Counted from the stretch's first letter, positions 12,036 through 25,197 are shown. The stretch: 64,000 nt of DNA from Octopus sinensis (GCF_006345805.1 NC_043000.1:26660001-26724000), one strand, 5' to 3'. Notes: generated by a model from the sequence alone, not told the origin. Numbers and translations: made by a program.

Positions 12036-13050
12036 ATTTTGTGTTTTGCATAGTGAGTGCTCTCTGATATATTTTTCCTTAGGCTTATTGTTTGCATGTA
12101 TGTATATATATCTTTGCTGTTATGCAAAAGTGTCCTAAGTCCAAAACTTTGCTCTTTCAGAAAACGAAAAAATAGTTTCACCATTCCATAGCAAAACCGT
12201 TGTACTACATTTTGACAATTTTTCATATCTTGGCATCTGAAAACAGCTGGAGGTATGATAGTTTGACCAAAAACCGGCCATTCTCGGACATACGACAGTT
12301 TAACATAATATGAAAAAATGAAAAAAGTCTTTTACCTTTCGAGCCTACGCTCTTCAACAGAAAGTAATAAGAGGAATTAAAGAGAGAGAATGAAGAAAAT
12401 TTGTACAGTTCAGCGGTCCAACATGGCGATGATTGCAAATAAGAAAAAAAAAATAGAGGTTGAAAGAAAGGGAGATAATAATAAAAAAGAGGTAGAATGA
12501 AAGTGAGATAATAGTGCTAGTGATCCCGACAAGAAAAGGTATGCGTGCGTATGTGTGTGTGTATGTGAGAATGGTGTGTCTGAGTGTGTAAGTGTGTATG
12601 TGTGAATAGGGGCGAGTGACTCTGACATCTGAGTGTGTGTGAGTGTGCATGTGTAACGTGTGTGCGTGCGTATACATGTATAATGTGTGTGTATTGTGTA
12701 TAGCAGTTGATGTGTGCTTTTTCACGTGGTGTGTGCACTTGTGTGTGTGTGTGTGTGTGTGTATGTGTGTATGTGACCAAACAGTGTGCATGTGTATGTA
12801 GGTGGATGAAACTTATATTTGTCTATGTATGTTTCTTGTGTTAATGCGTGTTGTGTGTTTGTGAGTATATATTGTCTGTGTTGTGGTAGTATGAGCTTGT
12901 TTGGGTGTAGGAGTGTATATGATGGTGTGTGGTGTGGGTGCTGAGAAGTGGTCAGTGGTAGTGTGTGTAGAGTAGTGTGGGTTTGGTGTCAAATGAGGAG
13001 AGGAGGTGAGGTTGGTGTCAGATTAAGAGGGGAGGTAAGTTGAGCTCATG

Positions 13051-13083
<33 letters not shown>

Positions 13084-13122
13084 ATATAATTATATATATA
13101 TGTGTGTGTGTATGGCATATAT

Positions 13123-13162
<40 letters not shown>

Positions 13163-13432
13163 TATGCATACATATATATATAAATATATATATACAACTC
13201 ATACATACATATTTGCATAAATATATACTTATATATATATATATATAATATAATAATAAATATTAGGGAATATATCCAAATTTACAGGGAAAAAAAAAAA
13301 ATCGATTTAGGATTAAATCCAATTTTATAGTAAAATATTATAAAATATTATTTGAGACAAAACACTATTTTGCAAAACAAACAGGAAAGACTTAATCAAT
13401 ACATAAAATTTAATAAATAGTCAAAAAAACCG

Positions 13433-13475
13433 CCACTACAATCGTTTCTTGTCTTGATCGACAATCTTCAGGTGG
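13433..13475 (-). ncRNA. Minimal type I hammerhead ribozyme (family 1)
   Basis: The reverse complement is identical to the 16031-16073 motif. Confidence 0.8.
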
Positions 13476-16030
13476 ACTTCCAATCTAAAAAATCAAAATT
13501 TTAAATATAAAATAATACTTTTAAATAATTAAAGTATAAATGAAAAAATATAAATATAATCCATATATAACCTATATATAATCCATATCGAAAATATAGA
13601 CTAATTACCACGAATTCCCTAAAAAACCATAATAAAACAAAACTCTTAAAAACATATAACGATAAAATCTCCCTTTAAACTCTATAACAACCTATAAAAT
13701 AAAATAACCCCCTAACCTAAACATTCACACACAAATACACACACGTAAACCACAGACTCACTACGACTTATAACATACCTATACTAACTTATAAACCTCA
13801 ATATACACCAAAACCCACTCCCTCCCACACAGACAAATTAACACATACATCCCAAAACCTAAATAACAAACCCATATACACATTCACACAAAACACACAC
13901 TCACACGCAAAACACTCACACACAAAGATACATATACTCCCTCACATATACGCCTATACATACTCACTAAACTCGACATATACAACAATACTTACACACC
14001 CACAAAAAACATATATACATTTATGAGCTTTAACTCACCTTAGCATCTCTAACAAACAACTTGCAGTAACCCCATCCCATTCTCTATGCCTACCTCACTA
14101 CTACACTATTCCATTCACATTCCAAGCAACGCTAGTCCACCACCCGTTATTCACGTGGCAAAACGAACACCACTCAAAAATTATGAATGAAACAATGTAA
14201 AAAATAACCAACACCTAAAATAGACAAAATACCACGAATTACCTAAAAAAACCATGATAAACCAAAACTCATAAAAGCATATAACGATAAAATCTCCCTT
14301 TGCTAAACCCTATAACAAACTTATATAGCAATCCCCCTAACCTAAACATTCACACACACAAAAAACCCACACGTAAACCACAGACCCAAGACTTATACAC
14401 AAACCTATACTAACTATAAACCTCAATATACACCAAAAACCACTCCCTCCCACACAGACAAATTAACACATACATCCCAAATCCTAAATAACAAACCCAA
14501 ATACACATTCACACACAAAACACACACACACACGCAAAACACACACACACAACAGATACATATGCTCCCTCACATATACACATATACATACTCACTAAAA
14601 CTCGATATATACAACAATATTTACACCCACACTCATACAGATAAATAATTAATTAAACAATTAAAAACTCACAACCAATCTCATATACATAAACACTCTT
14701 ATGAAAACAACAATAAATACATCGTAATTAACCAGAATATCAAAAATAACATTATGACATAGGATAAATCAAATACATACTTACAATTCAGTTACAAATT
14801 ATGAAGTGAAATTAGATTCTTAGCCGTTAAAAAACCAAACAAAATTACGTTACCATGGAAATAACTAATGTAAAAAAAGAATACGCGCCATAGAAAGTAA
14901 CGTCATTCATAGTATGAATGGAGAAATATAATAAATGGAACTAAAAACTATTTCCACGTAGCAAACCAACGCTACTTAAAGAAATTTATTATGAATGGAT
15001 TCTTTAAAAACTATCATGAAAAATCAATTATATACATTTATGAGCTTTAACTCACCCTAGCAACTCTAACAAACAACTTACAGTAACCCATACTCAATGC
15101 CTACCTCATTACCACCCTAATCCATTCACAATTCCAAGCAACACTAGTCCACCACCCGGTTACAATTCCCAACTCTACCCATTCATTCACAATTCAACGA
15201 CGTTCCCTTCAACAACTCTACATATAAGCCTCACCATATACACCGGAGATACACTTACACATCCGTGCGGATGGGTGAGAGTATACATTAAGTGTAGTGA
15301 TGGGGCTCCCATTTCTAAACACATTTGTACCTGTGTGGTAGTCTCCATGTGTATATTCACGCACGGGTATAAATACAGGGGGTACACGCTCACTTCATTT
15401 ACGTGTACCCCTCACATGTACATATGCATACTATTTTGGCTCGATATATGCAACATTGCTAAGGTGAGTTAAAGCTCATAAATGTATATAATGTTTTTTG
15501 TGGTGTGTAAGTATTGGGTATATGTCGAGTTTAGTGAGTATGTATATAGGCGTATATGTGAGGGAGTATATGTATCTTTTGTGTGTGAGTGTTTTGCGTG
15601 TGAGTGTGTGTTTTGTGTGTGAATGTGTATATGGTTTGTTATTTTTAGGTTTTGGGATGTCTGTTTAATTTGTCTGTGTGGAGAGGGAGTGGTTTTGGTG
15701 TATATTGAGGTTTATAAGTTAGTATAGGTATGTGTATAAGTCGTGAGTCTGTGGTTCGTGTGTGTATTTGTGTGTGAATGTTTAGGTTAGGGGTTTATTT
15801 TATTTTATAGGTTTGTTATAGAGTTAAAGGGAGATTTTATCGTTATATGTTTTTAAGAGTTTTGTTTTATTATGGTTTTTTTTAGGGAATTCGTGGTAAT
15901 TAGTCTATATTTTGATATGGATTATATATAGGTTATATATGGATATATATTTATATTTTTTTCATTTATACTTTAATTATTTAAAAGTATTATTTTTATA
16001 TTTAAAATTTTGATTTTTTAGATTGGAAGT

Positions 16031-16073
16031 CCACCTGAAGATTGTCGATCAAGACAAGAAACGATTGTAGTGG
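16031..16073 (+). ncRNA. Minimal type I hammerhead ribozyme (family 1)
   Basis: CCAC-CTGAAGA-TTGTC gatcaa GACAA-GAAAC gatt GTA-GTGG: CUGANGA and GAAA cores, 5-bp stem II, 4-bp stem I, short stem III, GUA triplet. Confidence 0.8.
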
Positions 16074-16156
16074 CGTTTTTTTGACTATTTATTAAATTTT
16101 ATGTATTGATAAGTCTTTCCTTGTTTGTTTTGCAAAATAGTGGTTTTGTCTCAATA

Positions 16157-16194
<38 letters not shown>

Positions 16195-17316
16195 TATATA
16201 TATATGTGGTGTGTGTGTGTGTGTGGTGTGTGTGTTACTCTAAGGATTAGGCGTGTACTGCTGGATGTTTCTTCCTCCAAGCCTCTTCCACCCTCCTCTC
16301 TTATCACCATCTCGGTCCAAACCAAGTCAGTCTCACTTAATCGCAACCCGGTTATTCTAAAATGGGATCCCACCAACTTTTCTTTCGCGGACACCTTCTC
16401 GCTCTTTTCTCCCGTGGTCTCACGCTTATTCTTTTCCTTCATCTATTCTCCTCTTTTCTACTTAAAAAAATCCCCTTCCAATCTCCTATCTTTATATATC
16501 TAATTCGATCGTTCAGAATAATATTCCACGTATTTCTCCTTTCGTTTTATTGTATTGCTCTGAATTTCATTCCCGTTTGCCGGCTCATTTTTCTTGTTCC
16601 TCCGCCGTGTACTAGTTTCGGTAACTCACATCGGTAGACCACTTTCCTTTCAATGATAAAAGTTATTTCTTCGTGGTAATACATGTTACTATTTCCTGTT
16701 AAGCGATTCCGGGGTTACTGCGGACACTGCATCCATCAGTAAATAACCTTGACCCATCATAACGTCTTGGATTTAGCTACTAGGCAGCACTGCTGAATTA
16801 CTATATCACCCAGATGGCAATGCATGTAAACTGACAATAGACGGTAAACAGATTTGATGTCAGATAAAACAAAAGCCAACCTTTGTGTATATATATGCAA
16901 GATTGCATTCGGTGGGATTAGTAAAATTTTTGGTAGAAATGACTTTTTGTCCCTCTTAGCGTGTGGCATCTATGTATAATAATGCCCTCTATATATAAAT
17001 TAATATATGCATATATGTATATATGTATATATGTATTTATGTATATATATACAGTGAGAACCGTAGTAAAAACAGGGATATATATATATATATTATATAT
17101 ATATATATATAGTATATATATATATATATATATGTACATGTATATATGTATATATTATATATATTTATGTGTATGTATTATATATATATATGCATATGTA
17201 TGTATATGTATATATATATATGTGCGTGTGTGTGTATGTATTATATATATAAATGCAATATATTTATATACTACATTATATTAGATATGGAAACATGTTT
17301 TACCTATGTATGAATG

Positions 17317-17350
<34 letters not shown>

Positions 17351-17362
17351 TGTATGTATCTA

Positions 17363-17393
<31 letters not shown>

Positions 17394-17398
17394 GCCTG

Positions 17399-17452
<54 letters not shown>

Positions 17453-18157
17453 CATCTACATTTCTATCTATCTATCTGTACATGTATGCCTCTACACGCA
17501 TGCGTCTGAATATATGCGTGATTGAGTATTTCTGTTTTAGTCTTTCTATATAGAAAACATATAAAGAAGAAGAAGAAGAGCTATAAAAAAACGCAGAAGC
17601 AAAAACAGGAAAATAAACCGAAATTCTGAAAGGATAATGACTTTTAGGAAATGATAGAAAAGCATAAAAAGCAGGCAAATAGATAACAGATTATCGATTG
17701 AAGGAAGGAAATATGGCTAATATTAAATACGTTTATATAACAAGGAATTCCCATTAAGGAATTTTAAGTGGCAGCTGTTAGCAAAATTTTGGGGATTTAG
17801 GGATATACATTTGTAGACGTACACAGCTACGTGCACACTAGCATATGGGAATACGCGCGTATACACAGGGAAACTCACGCATATTTATCGAACGCAAACA
17901 GAAACAGGCGTTTGTGTTTGTTTAGCTCCTTCATATTTGCGAGTAATATATATGTGTATGTGTGTGTATATATATATATATATACACACACATATATATA
18001 TATATGTATATATATATATGTATGTATGTATGTATATATACATACACACATATATATAATATATATATATATATATATTTGCATGTGCATATATATGTAA
18101 ATATATATACATATATATATGTCTGTTTGTGTGTTTGTGTGCGTGCATTTATATATG

Positions 18158-18194
<37 letters not shown>

Positions 18195-18738
18195 ATGTGT
18201 GTGTATGTGTGTGTATGTGTGTGTGCGTGTGTGTCAATGTATGTGTATATGCGTATATATATATACAAATGCGTGTGCGTGCAAGCGTGCGTACACACTC
18301 ATATCATTGTGTGTCTATATGTATTTACATAAATGTGTATGTGTGTATGTGCATATCTATGTATATGCATATATATATGTGTATGTGTGTGGTGTGTGTG
18401 TGTGTTTGTGCGTACGCATTATCTTCATTGGCTCCGTTCGAGATCTGTTTCACCACATATACGCACACACACAGATGCTTACATATATATATACATACAT
18501 TTTACGCCTTTCAGCAATGGTAAAAATTTGGTGAAGCTAGTCCTAAAAACCCCGGTTTAAAATCTTATTTGCATCGTTCAACTAAAATTACAACTCGTGC
18601 ACACGACCCTAATAGGATAAAATAAATGAAAACAAAACAAAATAAATCGGAACATGTTCCACCTTATTGATTTGTCCTTGACTCTCTAGAAGGGGAGCCT
18701 TAACATTGTTTGTTAGCTGTTCCATATGTGGGTCTGAG

Positions 18739-18808
<70 letters not shown>

Positions 18809-19328
18809 CATCTATCTATCTATCCATCTATCTACCCATCTATCCATCTATCTATCTATTTACACATATATACGCAGGCACTTGGATATCAGATCATGCG
18901 TGTATGTGTGTATGAGTGTGTGTGTACATATATATACACACAAATACAGTTATACATGCATATATATACATATATATATATACATACGTACACGCAGGGG
19001 CACGGATATCAGATTGTATGTATATGAGTGTGCACGTGTATATATATATATACACAAATACAGGCACAGAAACACACACATGTATACATATAGACATACG
19101 TACAAATATATATATATATATGATTGATTGATTGATTCTAGTTTCAGCTCATGAGCTGTGGTCATGCTGGGGCACCGCCATTATATATATATATATATAT
19201 ATTATATATGCACATGCGTACATATATCTATCTATTTATCTATCTATCTTTCAACACACATACAAGCAGGCGCATGCATATCATATTGTGCGTGTATCTG
19301 TGTGTGTGTATGTGTGTGTGTGTGTGTG

Positions 19329-19368
<40 letters not shown>

Positions 19369-19562
19369 ATTTGTGTGTTATTCCGGTTTTATTACATGTG
19401 TTTTTAATCAATAGACGAAGATCAATCATCCGCTCTGAAACGAGTTAGCTTCATAGGAATGTTGTTATGTTTGTCTGCACATGTGTCACTATCTATCTAT
19501 CTATAAAAGTGTATACGTATATATGTATACACGCACATACACAAACTCGTATATATATACAT

Positions 19563-19669
<107 letters not shown>

Positions 19670-19959
19670 TCCAATATATGTGTGTGCGCGCATGCCTGTG
19701 TGTGTTTACGCGCACGTGCGTGTGTGAGTGCACGTGTTTGTGCGCATGTGCGCGCGCGAGTGCTAATATATACATATGAAGTCGGGAAGTGGTTTAATAG
19801 CTTTTCGGTGCCTCAGAATTTAGACACGATTCTAGGTATATTCATGCTTCTGAAAAAATCTGTGACCTTTATTTGCTTCTAGTAGCTCTAGAAATGTTCT
19901 TATTAATAAAATTACCAATCCAAAATCACATAATTTGTTTACCTCTTGGAGCAAAATGA

Positions 19960-20665
19960 TTTGGTATTTTGTAAGATCTTCAAGGCTTGCTCATGGAAAT
20001 GGCTCTATCAAGATACGTACTAAATGAATGGCAATTATTCACGGATAGTTTCCAGTGGAGCCTAAAATATACACTTCCACGCGCTAGCAATAATTATGGA
20101 TTAATCCTAATTGGTCATTCAACTAAGATGACTGAATAGCAGAAAAAAATCGTCCTGGTTTTATGGAAGATGTCATACCACGATCACCAATGGCTAATCT
20201 CTGTGGGTCTTAAGAATATGAACTTTTCTCATAGGTCAGCAGAGTGGTTACACCTATTATCCTTGCTTTAACTGTCTTTGAGATAGTAGATCTAATGAAT
20301 GAGCAAAGAATGGCCTCTGAGAAAGAAAAGGTGGTCGTTGGAGAGAGGGATTTAATCGCGATACTCTTGGTTAACAGGAATGAGCTAACTGTACCTCCAT
20401 CATACATCAAACTAGGTTTAATGAAACAGAATGAGGAGGATACGAACACAAACCGAGTGTTTTAAACTGAATATGGTGAACATTTCCAGTGCGGAGCATG
20501 AAGCTGGCGGTAAAAGATTTTCAACTGGTTTCAAATAGGAAACTTATGAAAGACCCAAATTTCCAAGATCCAGTGAACTCTGATAGTAAGGGATTTTCTT
20601 GGGGGCTATGCAGTAGAAATCTTCTCTGAACTAGTGGAGAACGTGTTGTCTTCTTTCCGTCAATT
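19960..20665 (+). mobile_element. Decayed cut-and-paste transposase, Chapaev3-like (CMC) by motif recall
   Basis: Frameshifted peptides NEWQLFTDS..SLKYTL, IGHSTKMTE, HDHQWLISVGLK, GQQSGYTYYPCFNCL*DSR, LVNRNELTVPPSYIKLGLMKQ, RQFGCNMSI. Confidence 0.7.
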
Positions 20666-21354
20666 TGGCTGTAATATGTCCATCATATTACACAGACACT
20701 AAGATCGTTTCCCAGACAACAGATGAACGTATGTATGAATGTATGAATATATCTACGTATGCATGCCAGCAAGCAAGAATATATGTAAGCACGTGTTTCT
20801 ATGCATGTATTTTTCCAATCATGTGTATTATTTAAGTTCATAAATATACCCACGAATGTATGTGTGTGCATTTATGTTTGCATGTATATCTCTGTGTATG
20901 TATCTTCGTAGTATATCTCTTGGTGTTTTAATTATTCTAAATATCTTTAAAATAATCTTTCGTTTTTGTATTTGGTTTGCAATATTCTTGATATGAACCC
21001 GTTTATTAAAACATAATCTGTAGCATCTTTGGAGGATCATTGACAGCGTAGAGAGGGAATGATATATCCTGCTTATTTTTCTATCTATACTCACTTAATT
21101 ATTTATGTGTGCCTTTATATTTTATATTCGTTTTCACACTCCCCTCAAATAAATACTAGCTTTCAACATAAACATTATTGTTACGATTTCAGTACTGCGA
21201 AAGAATATTCTTTTTCTATCCTACTTTGCTTTGTTGTCATTACTTTATATTGTATATCTTTTCCCTTCCTCTTTTTCTTCTTTTGCATCTGCCTTCTCTT
21301 CTCCTCTCTGCCCATTTTGCCATTGTTTTCTTCAATAAACATTTATTTCCAGTT

Positions 21355-21394
<40 letters not shown>

Positions 21395-21939
21395 AATCAC
21401 ATATTAAACCTTACACAAAGAACTTTTAAAATAGAATACCAATATTTCAAAGTCGCATTTACACCAACTATGGTAACCAAACGTCTTGCGAAACTTTTAG
21501 CGACTTATCGGAACAATATTTCACGTTAACAACCCAGTCTATCTTTTTATTTAATTTATTCTCAGAATCTGTTCATGTGCTGCTAAAGTTATTTCTTCGT
21601 GCTCCTTCTTCAGCGCTTCATTCTTTAAACAAAGTCAGTTGCCATTGTCACCCTTTATCTGCCTTGTATTTTTGAAAACGAAACAAAACAACTCAAAACG
21701 ACAGAAAGCAAACAAAAAATCAAAACCATTGAATGGAGTTTCTTTTCTTCAAAGTTTGACTTTATTTCACGATTTCGGGTTATTATTTTTTTGTGATGTG
21801 ACCCCCACCCACTAACTCTATAAATTTGAACTCAGAACGCAGCGGCGGACGAAATACCACAAAGCTTTTTGGGCGGCGTGCTAACGCTTCTGCCAGCTCG
21901 CCGTGTATTGCTTGTATCATAGTTCTTGAACTGAATTTG

Positions 21940-22700
21940 ATGTTAAATTCTTCTTAATCCTACGAAGGTATTATTTACCAAGGGTCTGCTCAATATATAT
22001 AGCATTAATTTCATCAGATTTCTGTCTTCTATGATCTTATATGTTCCTTTTATACTCAAAGATCTGATATACTCGCCATTAGATAGATCTATTCCTGAAC
22101 ATTTTATGATTTTCTCCTTGTTTATCAATATCGAATGTCATCCTAATGTAACTACTAAGTGTTTTGATGGTTTGTATGAAGCGACCCAGTTGATTCTTGT
22201 CTTTGCAATAAAGCTTTAAATCTTTCAGGGAAGATCATTCACTTTTTCCCTAGTGTTTCACATTGAACGTTCTCCTTTAGAATAATCGATAAAGAGATCA
22301 ATGTTATGACAAGAAAGAGATCTCTTGAAAGTATTACCTACCACTCTCTACACCTGCTAATGTTTCCTAACCTGATGATTATTCTCCAATGTAACATTAC
22401 ATTTTCAAACAGGTGTCTAACCATTTCTGAAATTTCGAAATATTTTATATAACATTAGATTACGAGAGTAGAACTACGTCATGTGGCCCTCTATAATCGA
22501 TCCATACGACGCGCATATTTGTCCTTCCCATTTAAAAAAATTCCTCATGTCCATCGTGTCGAACATTAATTTGTCTCTTGTTTCTCTGATGAAAAGAATC
22601 ATATTAGAACAACATGATTTGTAAGATTGTCTTAAGATATTGGACAAGCCATCACATTGATAATAGCTGGGGTTTATGTGCTTGAGAAAAGGAAAGGACA
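21940..22700 (-). mobile_element. R4/Dong-like (RLE-type) LINE RT relic
   Basis: Minus-strand peptides RETRDKLMFD, MRVVWIDYRGPHDVV (cf. AWIDYKKAYD) and KIIKCSGIDLSNGEYI. Confidence 0.7.
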
Positions 22701-22799
22701 AAGGGATGAACACCAAATAATATGGTAGAAAGAGCTTGAAATTAATGAAGATCAACTATGTTGCGAAAGACACAGAGGCAGAATAAATGAATAAAAATG

Positions 22800-23150
22800 A
22801 AGACAAAGGAAGATGAGAAGATATGTAGCACGTCAGAAAGAAAAGAAAAGAAATTAGAACAGCATTTCAAGAATTAAAGTACAGAGGAAAGGTATAAGTT
22901 TTTGGAAACAGAAAATACGAAGAGAGAAAGATAAAATATTATAAGCAAAATCGTCTTTTTCAATCAAACCGTTATATTTATTGCACATTCTTGCGAAAGA
23001 TTAGAGAAATGACAAGGTAAGATCGAATGCTGAAGTAACAAGACATTTGAGGAGAAAATTTGGAGAGAAATTTACATGGAAAATACTGAGGCGAAAACAA
23101 GGATTAGAAAACAAGTGGAAAAAATATAGAGAAAGTGGAAAATTGTTACA
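22800..23150 (+). mobile_element. R4/Dong-like LINE pre-RT relic
   Basis: YYKQNRLFQSN-like motif (cf. QYRQNRLF) followed by a decayed AEV.R.F..K.FW-like segment. Confidence 0.5.
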
Positions 23151-23221
23151 TCATATCATGTCCATGGTTATTGGTCTACTAGAGTACAAAGCAGACCCGC
23201 AAGAACATACATACACATATA

Positions 23222-23352
23222 CAGGGTGTCCCCAAAAAATGTATACACACCTTAAATAATTGTAAATTTGTTATTTTTTGTAAGCCTAGTACTTATTCTA
23301 TCGTTCTCTTTTGCCGAACCACTATGTGTATACATTTTTTTGGGACACCCTG
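23222..23352. mobile_element. Tc1/mariner-type MITE
   Basis: TA|CAGGGTGTCCCCAAAAAATGTATACACA ... TGTGTATACATTTTTTGGGACACCCTG, ~29-bp TIRs, with a SINE B fragment inside. Confidence 0.75.
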
Positions 23353-24036
23353 CATATTTATAAAACAAACATTCCCCTTTGTTAAAACTACTGAACATAG
23401 TTACTGAACACTATACACCCGTGACAAAATTATTAATTATGTAATACGCGTAGGAGTGGCTGTGTGGTAAGTAGCTTGCTTACCAACCACATATAATATA
23501 ATTTATAGTCTTCGGACATTTTTAATTATGCTAGGCTACTGGTTTAAATTGATATCATTTAATAGTATTAATTTCTACCCTCATTATTTAATTTTTAAAT
23601 AGCTATGTTCTCTAACCGCTGGTATTTGCTGCGGAACTTTATTAATCGGAGAGTTCTTTCCGGTTTTGGCGCGCCAGCATGAGAACCTTTGAAATATGAG
23701 ATCCTGATACATAATTGGTGTAACTTTATGCATGTTCTCTGTCGCGAGGACATTTTATATCTGGTCCGGCGGATTATGTGTTCTGAAGAGCCACTGATGA
23801 TCACATTAGTGATCATTGATAGAGAAATCTAATCTTAAGGAGTCAATTGATCTATTTTGTCTCCTTTCATTAGTCTTGCTCGCATACATTCTGGCGTTTG
23901 CTAAAATTTTTGAGAACATATTTTTTGTAGTAAGGCGATTTGGCGTCTTTTTCCGGCATATTAGGAATCCACTTCGTGGCTAATCCTCTTATTTATATAT
24001 ATGTAATATAATATATTCATATATATACATACACAT

Positions 24037-24069
<33 letters not shown>

Positions 24070-24071
<2 letters not shown>

Positions 24072-24558
24072 AAATATTATTTGAGACAAAACCACTATTT
24101 TGCAAAACAAACAAGGAAGACTTAATCAATACATAAAATTTAATAAATAGTCAAAAAAACCGCCACTACAATCGTTTCTTGTCTTGATCGACAATCTTCA
24201 GGTGGACTTCCAATCTAAAAAATCAAAATTTTAAAATATAAAAATAATACTTTTAAATATTAAAGTATAAATGAAAAAATATAAGTATATAATCCATATA
24301 TAACCTATATATAATCCATATCGAAAATATAGACTAATTACCACGAATTCCCTAAAAAAACCATGATAAAACAAAACTCTTAAAAACATATAACGATAAA
24401 ATCTCCCTTTGCTAAACTCTATAACAAACCTATAAAGTAAACCCCCTAACCTAAACATTCACACACAATACACACACGTAAACACAGACTCACGACTTAT
24501 ACACATACCTATACTAACTTAAAACCTCAATATACACCAAAACCCACTCCCTCCCCAC
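24070..24558 (-). mobile_element. Third, truncated copy of the hammerhead-bearing Penelope-like arm
   Basis: Collinear with 13341-13830. Confidence 0.9.
24163..24205 (-). ncRNA. Minimal type I hammerhead ribozyme (family 1)
   Basis: The 43 nt are identical to the other two copies. Confidence 0.8.
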
Positions 24559-24918
24559 AATCGTTAGCGCGTCAAGCAAAACTCACAACAGCGTTTTGTC
24601 TATCTTTATGCTCTGAGTTCAAATCTGCAGAGGTCGACTTCTTCTTTCATTCCTTTTGGGGTCGTAAATAATAAGTACCTGTTAAACCTGAATCTATGTA
24701 ATCGACTTACCCACTCACCCGAAATTGCTGGCCTAGTACTAAAATTTGAAACCAATATTTGTTTAATTTAGAGGCGACCACTTATGGTTCCGAAAAATCA
24801 GCAAATCCAGAAAGGATTTGAAGCCAAAAATTTCAGAAAATCGATGTCGGACTGGTATATAATGTATGGAGAATTGAAATTGCTATATAAATAAAATTTT
24901 TCTGTTCAATATATGGAG

Positions 24919-24965
<47 letters not shown>

Positions 24966-25122
24966 ATATAATATAAATAATATATAAATATATGCATATA
25001 GACATATATGCAAATACCTACATATATATGTATATATACATGCATATATGTGTACAGGACATCAAAACAGATAAAACAAATATGAACTAGTATACTTCTT
25101 AAATTTGAAAGAACCAGGGGTG

Positions 25123-25197
25123 CTGATTCGCCGGTGTAAAGGTAACACATTTAGTCGCGTTAACAAAGGGATTTGGGTTCGAGTCCCACCTGGATAG
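25123..25197 (+). pseudogene. tRNA-like relic (tRNA pseudogene or orphan SINE head)
   Basis: D-arm-like GGTGTAAAGGTAACAC and T-arm GGGTTCGAGTCCC; no convincing acceptor or anticodon stem. Confidence 0.4.

Larger units (their letters stand above)
13250..16164. mobile_element. Non-coding Penelope-like foldback element: ~705-bp inverted arms (13341-14045 / 15457-16164) with internal partial tandem copies
   Basis: The right arm is the reverse complement of the left. Partial direct copies lie at ~14229-14620 and ~15025-15160. Each arm carries a hammerhead, and both outer ends run into TA-rich microsatellite. Confidence 0.8.

Noticed and set aside
16092-16442. Minus-strand ORF MKEKNKRETTGEKSEK...
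   Set aside because: Purine-rich sequence running into TG/TA repeats; no recognisable domain. A GTGAGT donor at ~16629 hints at an upstream non-coding exon, but this is unsupported.
18850-19080. ~130-bp diverged direct repeat around GGATATCAGAT
   Set aside because: Most simply a local tandem duplication within simple-repeat DNA.
23783-23830. CTGAAGA/CTGATGA next to a TGATCAC-GTGATCA hairpin
   Set aside because: No GAAA directly after the stem and no stem I, so it is not a hammerhead.
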